Source: Craspedostauros australis (lineage: Eukaryota). From it: a stretch of DNA of 40,635 bases. Each line of letters begins with the position of its first letter. The first letter of the stretch is position 1. The translations under genes were made by a program, and so were the position numbers. The stretch is from the NCBI GenBank assembly GCA_030167865.1, contig JALAGF010006090.1, positions 62,001 through 102,635 of the forward strand, given 5' to 3'. Below the pieces are notes generated by a model that was not told where the DNA came from, did not search any database, and saw only the letters and a program-made list of their open reading frames with translations. Positions 32,539 through 40,635 of this stretch are shown one piece after another.

Positions 32539-34073
32539 ATGAACTTCGGTGAGTGCATGAATATCATTGTGGGCTTGGAAGCGGAGGTGCTCTGCTCAAC
32601 ACGACATTGATGAATGGACAGGTGACGCCTTGGTTGTGTCACTTCCACCGTTGATGCTGTGTTTGGAAATCGCCAACACGAGGTTGCGACGTCCCTTGCT
32701 GGGCAGCAGAGACGGACGACGCCTTGGCAGCATGTTTACGCGTTTCTCACACCAATTACTCTGTCCAATTCCTCGTCTGAAATCAATGGAACGACGACGC
32801 AATACAAATCATTCAATGCGATTGAACGCGATACGAAACATGGGACATCCGACAATGACGATCAGGAATGGAATACGGCGGCGACGATAGCGGTGGATTT
32901 CAGAGCACCGGCGGTGGATATGGCATGGGAGATGGTGGCGGTGGCGATGGAGGTGGGATGGGTGGATCTTCGCAGACCCAGCAACGAGAGAGGCTGCCCG
33001 TCGACGAGCAAACGATCGTCCCAGTCACCATCAAGATGGCCCTTTCCGCTCAACCTTCCCCCACAGGAGACGAGTACTCGGTGTTGCCGGACGGTCGCAA
33101 GTTGTCCTTAATCAAGTTCGTGGCTGCAGTGCGCGAATTCATGGATCACTCGACGAACGTCGTCTACAAGCTCGAGGACGGGACAGGGTGCACTGACATC
33201 AAGCAGTGGCTGAACGAGGACAGCTGCTCAGCTGTCGAAGAAATTCGCCAGCAGAGTTTGCGGGACAACATCTACGTCAAGGTCGTTGCGAAAATCAAGC
33301 AGTACAACGGCCAGGCCACCATTCTGGCGAACTCCGTCCTTCCCATTTCATCCGGCAACGAGCTCACGCACCACATGCTGTCAGTGGTGTACGAGGCGGA
33401 ATCCTTCAAGAGAGCTGACAGCATCGTTGCGCCGGTCTCGTCGATGCAAGCGGACGCAATGACGTTCGGAGGTTCGATGCAGCAGATGAGTGGCGGTGGC
33501 ATGGGCGTGGGGGTCGTCGGTGATGAGGGCAACTCGTTCGATGGCAGGACGTTCCCTCCATTCATGGTGCAAGAAGTGAAGGGCTACATCAAGCAACACG
33601 AAGGTACGTGTGGTACGCGTGTGATCATGGTGTGGCAGTAAGGAGGAAGTGGTGCCCATGGTTGCTGGCAGTGTCTGCTCCAACAATTGCGTCTCTTTGT
33701 TGTTGTGGTGGTGGACGAGTTGACTCCTGACAGTCGGATGCGACTTTTGAACACCACGTATTCACCGCTCATCTCACCCTTTGATGCTGTCCTTGTCCAA
33801 TAATGCAACTGCCGCCTTCGATTTTGAATTCGCCTTGCCCCACCCATCGGTGCATCTCTCCACCATACTGCTCTCCTCCTCCTCTTTCAAACCATACAAC
33901 TACAAACTCCACTCTGCACGACAGAAACGCGAGCGGATGGTGCCGACCTCAACGAACTCATCCCAGCACTCTCACACTACCCTAGAGATCAGATCAAGGA
34001 CCTGGTCTCGGCGATGGCAGTGGAAGGCATCATATATTCCACGACGGCTGACCATTTCTACAAGTTCTGTTAG
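32539..34073 (+). CDS. RPA2: Replication protein A 32 kDa subunit, 298 aa; exons 32539-32548, 32866-33603, 33925-34073
   Basis: Gly-rich N-terminus and an OB fold (TIVPVTIK, TNVVYKLEDGTG, NELTHHML). The spliced C-terminal winged helix ends VEGIIYSTTADHFYKFC*. Both introns are phase 1 with GT-AG ends. Confidence 0.93.
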
Positions 34074-34332
34074 AGGGCACTTGTCTCTAGCAGAGTACCA
34101 TCGTCGCCCAATCTCACGCAATACATTCGTCGCTTGCCAATCCGTCGTGAATAATCTATTCTACTAGAGCGTAATAGTCTGCATTGATGCATCGCCTCGT
34201 GTGGTATCCGAACATGGTGGCCGTTCAACTCAAGCGGAGACAGAGAAAAGATAACATTTACCCAACTTTACACTACTCTGCTCAGTTCCATAAGTATTCG
34301 CGTCTTCCAATAGAAGTAGGGTACGACACGTG

Positions 34333-35281
34333 TTAGGAGATGACACTCCTGACTTGCTGGATTATCGTATCAACAGACGCCAGCGCACCCTGACCGACTT
34401 CGCCACATGCCAGCTTCTTCGTCATCGGTGTGATAACACCAACTCCGTTCCGCCCATCGTGCTCCGTATTCCAAAAGCCTTGAATGGCATGGAGCTGTTG
34501 CCACGTCAGCGGATGATCCCACATGGCCGTGTTCATCGCGGGCGCCAAGAGCAATGGCTTTCCCGGGCGCCGGCGTGTCGTGCTGCCATGACCAAAGTCC
34601 CATGCACGCACAACGCATGACAACGTGTCATCGCAAAGCCCCTGGCTCAGCTTGGCCAGCGTGTGCGCCGACAATGGAGCGATCAACAGCAGATCAGCCC
34701 AATCCCTGAGGTCAATGTGCAACACGGGGTCGCCCATCATATTCCATTGCTTCCACTCGTCGTCGGCGTCTGATGCAAGGTTAGGGGTGAGGTGAGGAGA
34801 GGAGAGAGGGAAGGCGAAGGAGTGGAACATGTTGAAATATGGGGCGAAGGATACAAGCATCATGGTTTGCCCCATGTTTCCAAGAGACTTGTCGGAGAGC
34901 AGCAGTGTTCTGCACGGTGCAAGTAAGCACATGCTCGCGGCACAACGCTGCAAGTCTTGAGCATACCATACGCAGGCACGCACTTTGTGTGCACTCACGT
35001 ATGACCTCGATCACATCACCTCCTTCCACTCCATCCTGCGTTAGCTGGAGGAATTCATCCCACCAGCTCTCATTGTACGACCTGGCCTTTTGCCAGAAAT
35101 TGGCACCACCCTCCGTCAGCAGAACTCGGACATGGCACCTGCACTCCTTCACCAACCGCACGGCGATCTCGGGACATTTGACGGCTGCGACGGACCCAGT
35201 CACGCCGAGAAGCACGTGCGGCCGGTCCTTGCGGCCTGCGCTGCTGGCTTGATGCTTGGCATCGTCGTCATCGGCGTTCAT
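34333..35281 (-). CDS. PPCDC: Phosphopantothenoylcysteine decarboxylase (HAL3/CoaC flavoprotein), 239 aa; exons 35281-34999 and 34769-34333
   Basis: Motifs VLLGVTGSVAAVK, DPVLHIDLRDWAD, APLSAHTLAK, APAMNTAMWDHP and KKLACGEVGQGA. The phase-1 intron runs from C|gtgagt (34998) to catcag|AC (34769). Confidence 0.95.
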
Positions 35282-35468
35282 CTGAATCGAACCGTCCTGC
35301 TGATTCTCGTGGGTACGGTAGTTGTGATTGCGATTGCGATTGTGATCATACTCGTACTGAAGTATAATATTCTACGATCTACCCGTCTCGCGTTGTCTTC
35401 TTGTCATCGCCATGTCGTGACGAGTGTTCTCACGTGAGGTTTGGGATGATGTCTTTCTTGATTGCAGA

Positions 35469-35480
35469 TTTGGCGGGAAA
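35469..35480. promoter_or_regulatory. E2F-like element TTTGGCGGGAAA in the divergent PPCDC/ferroportin promoter
   Basis: The motif is read directly and contains TTTCCCGC on the minus strand. Confidence 0.4.
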
Positions 35481-35821
35481 TCGTGGAGTTTGATGAGATT
35501 GTGATGTTTAGTCGAATGAGTCAAAAAGCCAACAACAACGCCTCCGCATCACTAACTCTCCTCCTTCGTTGATGACTCGTGTGTTGCATCGCAGCCATCG
35601 TCCTCTCTCTGTGCTCACTCGCGCTCGTGGAGAGTGGCTACATTCTTGGAGCAATCCAACCATGATGGATTGATCTGGACACCAAGGCAACACGACCAAA
35701 CGACGACACGGCAGCCGAGAGCTAATGCATGCGACTGGTGGATAGTGAATGGTGAATGGAGACCTGGTTTCGCTGATGCCTTTCACGCATCGCTGATCAT
35801 CCGTTCGAAGCAGAAACGAGA

Positions 35822-37516
35822 ATGAAGGCCGAGGAAGATACTCCTCCGAATGTGTCTCAGGGCGGCACGAAGCAACCATCAAGTCCGTACATGTCGCCGC
35901 GCAAGACACCAAAGAAACCATCACAGAAGCAGACTGTGACGAGAGCGTGGCGCAGCATCTGCCTCGCGCATCTGTGCAGGTGCCTGGCAGATCGGAGCTG
36001 GTCCTTCTTCCTGCCTCTCTTCCTTTCCAAGTCATGCCAATCCATCAAGTCGACCTCCGTCCTCAAGTTCGCACAGCAGCTCAGCGTTGCCTTGGGTTCC
36101 GCACCGTGCGCTGGGATGTACCGCAGGTTGCTGGTGACCAACGCAGTGCCGCTCCCTTCGCTCATCGTATCGATGACGATCATCGAGAATTCGGCCGTGG
36201 CGGTTGGCGGATTCCTCATCTGCATAGTTGCGACGATCACCAGCTTCGATCACAACGATGCGGCCACTGGCATGGAGAGCATTGAGCAGACGGAGCGTGC
36301 GCTATTCTGCGATGCGCCGTTGCAGTCATGGCCGTTCCTTGCCGGTCTGTTCTGCATGGCCATCGATGCCGTGTTTTCATTGCTCCTCAAGATGATCGTG
36401 TCCAAGGAGTGGGTGGCGGTGCTGTTCCCGCACGACGAGGACGAGCTGGCACATGCCAACGCCACACTGGCGCGCATCGATCTGGCCATCGCTGCGCTTG
36501 TGCCGTTGGTCATTTCGTACCTGATGCAGCATGTTGGATACGATGCAGTTGCCATGATGCTCGTCGGGCAGCACTTGGTGGGTGCCGCACTCATCATTTA
36601 CAACCTGCAGCAGGCATGGACGCAATGTCCATCGTTGCTGCATCAGCAAGATTCGCTTCGCACGCAAGAAGAGCAATCGAACGAAGGACGGGAGGAGACT
36701 GTTATAGCAGAACGCAAGACGCCGTCGGCGATGGGCACCATCACGTCCCTGACAACGCAGTCGCAGCTTGTCATCGCGGCCTACATTCTCCTTTACTTCA
36801 CAGTCATATCGCCCGGCGCCATGTTGAATGCGTGGATGAATTCACTCGCTCTATCCACGACCTCGGCGTCGAAGTCGGCGACAGCAGCGTCTACGTCATC
36901 ATCCGCTGGGCTCAATGAGATGGTGATCGCGATCTTTGGTGCATCTTCGAACATCACCGGTGCGTTGGCGACGTTCTTGACACCCAATATCATCATTCCG
37001 AATTCCAGCACCTTACACCAGGCAGGCTTCCTCGCGCAATCCACGCAAACGCTTTGCGTGCTTGCAGCCTACGCTTGCTTCGTTTGGATCAACGGAACAG
37101 CCACAGTCAGGACACCAACAGCGGTCATGGCGACGGTGGAACACGACGAAACTCCCACTGTGTCGCCAACCTACCTCTACGCATTTCTCGTGTTCGTTGG
37201 ATTCTCGCGCATCGGCCTGTGGTCCTTCGATCTGATCGAACGCCAAGTTCTGCAACAGGACATCCCGATCACATCGCAAACAGTCATCTTCAACTTGGAG
37301 AATTCCGCAACGCAGCTCATCTCCATGGCAATGACATATCTGTGCTACGTCTTCGCTGATCAGTTCGATGTCCTCGTTACAATATCCACATGCGCCGTGA
37401 CACTATCCTGCGTGCTGCTTGGAATTGCACAACATCGTCAGCGTAAACGACAATCGGGAGAGAAAAGTGGGACCCGCGAGTACGCGGAGACCGGCGCCAA
37501 ATTGAAGGCGCAATAG
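35822..37516 (+). CDS. Ferroportin-family (SLC40/IREG) MFS metal exporter, 564 aa
   Basis: LADRSWSF, KEWV, ANATLARIDL, LLYFTVISPG and SRIGLWSFDL.ERQVLQ match the ferroportin family signatures. The protein has about 11 TM segments. Confidence 0.88.
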   Translation: MKAEEDTPPNVSQGGTKQPSSPYMSPRKTPKKPSQKQTVTRAWRSICLAHLCRCLADRSWSFFLPLFLSKSCQSIKSTSVLKFAQQLSVALGSAPCAGMYRRLLVTNAVPLPSLIVSMTIIENSAVAVGGFLICIVATITSFDHNDAATGMESIEQTERALFCDAPLQSWPFLAGLFCMAIDAVFSLLLKMIVSKEWVAVLFPHDEDELAHANATLARIDLAIAALVPLVISYLMQHVGYDAVAMMLVGQHLVGAALIIYNLQQAWTQCPSLLHQQDSLRTQEEQSNEGREETVIAERKTPSAMGTITSLTTQSQLVIAAYILLYFTVISPGAMLNAWMNSLALSTTSASKSATAASTSSSAGLNEMVIAIFGASSNITGALATFLTPNIIIPNSSTLHQAGFLAQSTQTLCVLAAYACFVWINGTATVRTPTAVMATVEHDETPTVSPTYLYAFLVFVGFSRIGLWSFDLIERQVLQQDIPITSQTVIFNLENSATQLISMAMTYLCYVFADQFDVLVTISTCAVTLSCVLLGIAQHRQRKRQSGEKSGTREYAETGAKLKAQ

Positions 37517-37643
37517 ATTTCTTCGAGATGGTGCGAGTAGACACAGCAAATGGTATTACACAGGTATTGTTCCATGTGACTGTGCATGCCGTCCCCTCTT
37601 CGGAGTGTGCGCAAAGGCTCCGAGTGGCTGGACACCAATCTGC

Positions 37644-37670
37644 ATGTGTATGTGTATGTGTATGTGTATG
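37644..37670. repeat. (ATGTGT)4.5 microsatellite downstream of ferroportin
   Basis: Read directly from the sequence. Confidence 0.9.
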
Positions 37671-38348
37671 AGGATGGTATCAAGACTCTGTGGAACGATG
37701 AGCTGCCGGAGAAGAAGGGGTTGGCGAAGACATCGAGGTTCTGGAGATAGCGATCCTCTGACCAGGTTACTGGTCAAAGAAATCATGCCGTATGTGCCCG
37801 GCGCAAGCTCGAGGGTCTCAAGCGACCTGATTAGGTTCCATTGGCCTGCATGGAGCTCCAGGACACCTCTCCGAGCCAGTTGGACGTTCTCTTCAAATCA
37901 GGTCGCGACAACGAAGAATGAGGCAAGAGACCATCGTACACTGCGAGTATGAGCACTTCTTCACACTTATATACATACTATTCTACTATTGTACGAACTA
38001 GCATGAGCGGCGTTCAGTTGCTGTTGTTCCTTGTTCAGTCTGCCAGCCAACGGGAAAAGGCATGAAATCGAAAGAGAACCGTGGATGATGCGCACAGGAC
38101 AAGAGCCGATTGTCTCTTGGTGGTCTCCGCTATTTTGCTGCGTACTTTACGATCCAGGTCCCAGTGTCCCATATAACGTCTAAATGACCGGTTATAACGT
38201 CTGCCTCTCATTGGCATCACATCATTGCGATGGACATTGGGTGTGGTTCGAGTGTGTGACACGACTTGGTCGGACGATGCGACTGTTGTAACAACAGCGC
38301 TCTCGCCGGTCTCTACCCGGCTTTGAGCCGAAGGACAGTTCCAGACGA

Positions 38349-38573
38349 TGTTACTGTGTGATTGTATGGGTGGTAAATCAGATAGTTACAATTGATTTTT
38401 ATGGTGTTTGTTTGCTCTCTCTCTCTTTGTTGTTGTTTGCTGTTGCTGTGATCTTATCGCTGACTTGGCGCAGCGATTGTGTGGTCTCGGTTGGTTTTCC
38501 TTGCCTGGTCTGGTCTTCGTCGGGATGTTCCGAAACCACAGGTAGACCGGGAATGTAGGTGTCTTCCCCAACA
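38349..38573 (-). repeat. Putative 3' LTR of the copia element
   Basis: Starts TGTTGG immediately after the PPT. Candidate ends are ..TAACA at 38349 (after an AT-rich ATAAAA tract), CAACA at 38284 and CAACA at 38022. The 5' LTR is outside the window, so the end cannot be fixed. Confidence 0.55.
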
Positions 38574-40633
38574 CACTCCTTTGATCCCACCAAGGCTTCC
38601 TTGTATGACTTGACCTTGGTGGTATCACCAGCATGGTGGTTGAGGATGATATCCCGGAACATTCTGAATTTGGTCCCTTGCAATGGCTTTGTGAAGAAAT
38701 CTCCGAGCATGTCATCAGTGGGACAGTACTCGACGGTGATGTCTCCTTTTTCAATTCGGTCTGTGGCAAAGAAAAACCGCATGCTGATGTGACGAGTTCG
38801 TTTGCTGCTTGAACCCCGACCATTTTGTTCCAGGAGCATTGCGCTCTGGTTGTCCTGATAGATGGTCGTGGGACCAAGGTCGACACCTTGCTCCTGTAGG
38901 AAATAGCGTGCCCATAACACCTGCGGCATGACGTCGTCGACTGCCACAAGTTCGGCTTCTGTGGAGCTCCTGGTGTTCAGTTTTTGTTTGGATGATGTGG
39001 CGTATATCACACCTCCTCCTGCGGACAGACATGCTCCTGTGTGGCTGCGCATGTTGTCATGGACACCGAATGATCCGTCAACCCACCATCTGATGTCCTT
39101 GAGCGCCGACCCACCGAGCGCAAGTGTTAGGTTGCGTGTTCCGCGTAGGTATTTGACAACACGGGCGAGTTTCTTGTAGTCGTCAGTGTCAGGGGATTTG
39201 ACCCTAGTACATAGAAAAGACACTGCGGTTTGGATGTCTGGTCTCGCTCGCTTGCAGAGGAATAGCAGTTTTGCGACGTTGTGATGAAACATGTCGGCAG
39301 TGTCACTGTCTAGCTTGGTCGGATTGTCCTCATTGATGTTGAATAAGTGATTCGCAGCTGGAGTTGCTGCTATGCCCGACATGTCCCCAGGCACTCCTTC
39401 AATGATGCCATCGATGTATTCGGCCATGTCGATGATGATTTTGTTTGGCGTAGAGTAGTCGAGTCGCATCCCCAAGTATTCGTGTACCTTGCCTCGAGTG
39501 ACTGTTAGCGGTGTTCTCTGTCCATATGCTTTGTTCAACATACCGATGACATCACTCACGACATGCTCATCCACATGTGATATTTTCAGATCGTCCACAT
39601 GCCATACCACTGTGCACTGTTTACCGTTCACAACCTTGTTCGCGATGCACCAGTCATATGGGTTAATAGTGAACCCGTCCTCCTCCAGCGTTGTGGTGAG
39701 GTGTTTCCACCAGCATAGAGCTGCCTTGAGTGTACCGTAGAGTGCCCTTGTGAGCTTGACGTATATAGCCGATTGTCCACGTTTCTTGTGGATGTACTCA
39801 TCATACACGTCTGGGGCGATTTTCCCCAGGATTTCAGCCATTCTTCCCTCGATGAGAACGTGCACAACATCGTCATCGTCGAATTTTGCGTGCAGAAATG
39901 CGCCTGGCACATCAACGGTTGCGACATCACGATTTTCTTGTGCATCAATAACACAAGTGAACATGAGTCCCAACAGTGATACTGTGGGCGAGCTCGTCTC
40001 ATCTTTTGTCATGTATAGACGCTGCTTGCGCCCATCAGCACATCCACGACCCTTGATAATCCCACTCCTTTTCTCTTTCAAATACATGAGATATCGCAGT
40101 GCCTTCCTTCGCTCGTCATGAGTGAGCTGATGCCAGTGCTTGGGCTCGAAGCCCTCCATATCATGGACCTGTTGGAGTTCTCTGCTGATTGCTTCTTCGC
40201 CTCGCTCATGGAATTGTTTCAGTCCTTGTTTCCAGTTCATCTGCTCTGTAACAAAAGTGCATGCCGATGTCTCATTTTCCGGTATTCCGTTGTTCGGTGC
40301 ACCCAACTGTATCATCGTGGCGTGTGCTCCATCCCGTCCTGTATGGTGTAGCTTGTAGTAGTCCACTCGTGGACCGCGTCTTGTACGCATGCGATTGTTG
40401 TCTGTGTTGGAGTGTTGTTCTTCTGTTGGAGTGTTGTCTCGGTTCCCGCGTTCATTTCCGACGATTGGGGTTGGGGTGATGAGTGTGTTGTTATCGCGTG
40501 AGTCGGCGGCGATATCGATATCGTCATCTTCTTCGTCGGCGATCACATCGCAATTATGATCGGTTGTTTCGCTGGAGACACTGTCATCTGTCTTGCTTCC
40601 ACCATCGTCATAGTCGTCGCCGTCATGGTTGCT
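38399..40633 (-). CDS. Copia pol polyprotein, reverse transcriptase and RNase H domains, 5' partial
   Basis: Motifs KGRGCADG, DVPGAFL, LYGTL, WHVDDLK (HVDD catalytic motif), ARPDI, VDGSF, SSTEAEL, YQDNQSA, RTRHI and GDFFTKPL. The frame stays open from 40546 to the window edge. Confidence 0.95.
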   Translation of the reverse strand, partial: SNHDGDDYDDGGSKTDDSVSSETTDHNCDVIADEEDDDIDIAADSRDNNTLITPTPIVGNERGNRDNTPTEEQHSNTDNNRMRTRRGPRVDYYKLHHTGRDGAHATMIQLGAPNNGIPENETSACTFVTEQMNWKQGLKQFHERGEEAISRELQQVHDMEGFEPKHWHQLTHDERRKALRYLMYLKEKRSGIIKGRGCADGRKQRLYMTKDETSSPTVSLLGLMFTCVIDAQENRDVATVDVPGAFLHAKFDDDDVVHVLIEGRMAEILGKIAPDVYDEYIHKKRGQSAIYVKLTRALYGTLKAALCWWKHLTTTLEEDGFTINPYDWCIANKVVNGKQCTVVWHVDDLKISHVDEHVVSDVIGMLNKAYGQRTPLTVTRGKVHEYLGMRLDYSTPNKIIIDMAEYIDGIIEGVPGDMSGIAATPAANHLFNINEDNPTKLDSDTADMFHHNVAKLLFLCKRARPDIQTAVSFLCTRVKSPDTDDYKKLARVVKYLRGTRNLTLALGGSALKDIRWWVDGSFGVHDNMRSHTGACLSAGGGVIYATSSKQKLNTRSSTEAELVAVDDVMPQVLWARYFLQEQGVDLGPTTIYQDNQSAMLLEQNGRGSSSKRTRHISMRFFFATDRIEKGDITVEYCPTDDMLGDFFTKPLQGTKFRMFRDIILNHHAGDTTKVKSYKEALVGSKECVGEDTYIPGLPVVSEHPDEDQTRQGKPTETTQSLRQVSDKITATANNNKERESKQTP

Positions 40634-40635
40634 GC

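Larger units (their letters stand above)
38349..40635 (-). mobile_element. Ty1/copia LTR retrotransposon (diatom CoDi-like), 3' part; continues beyond the window
   Basis: An RT-RNaseH ORF is followed by a polypurine tract, AAAGGAGTG (38582-38574), and TGTTG at 38573, the start of the 3' LTR. The distal boundary is uncertain. Confidence 0.93.

Noticed and set aside
37690..37950. Coding-like stretch after ferroportin
   Set aside because: No convincing ORF and no recognisable domain.
1..40635. tRNA, rRNA, CRISPR arrays or prokaryotic operon/defence systems
   Set aside because: None were seen by eye, and the window is intron-containing eukaryotic DNA. tRNAscan-SE and Rfam were not run.

Overview
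This is gene-dense eukaryotic nuclear DNA, most likely from a diatom. The evidence is GT-AG introns of about 190-650 nt, a bipartite 'DAF' plastid-targeting presequence and a diatom-style Ty1/copia element; the species cannot be determined from the sequence. I reconstruct 13 host genes, 7 of them spliced. In order: PPP4R2-like (5' partial), a type II membrane five-bladed propeller of the GH130/GT91-like clan, COG1 with an EF-hand, a plastid M16A insulinase with a putative Tat lumen signal, a DUF218 protein, a large COG4880-type beta-propeller, an active rhomboid, an ERD2-related receptor, a 214-aa two-pore K+ channel, REEP5/Yop1, RPA2, PPCDC and a ferroportin. The window ends in the RT-RNaseH-PPT-LTR end of an apparently intact copia element. 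The most striking item is the beta-propeller: its prokaryote-type domain is interrupted by a 589-aa insert carrying nine 6-Cys modules. No rRNA, tRNA or CRISPR array was seen. All family assignments are by motif recognition, not database search.
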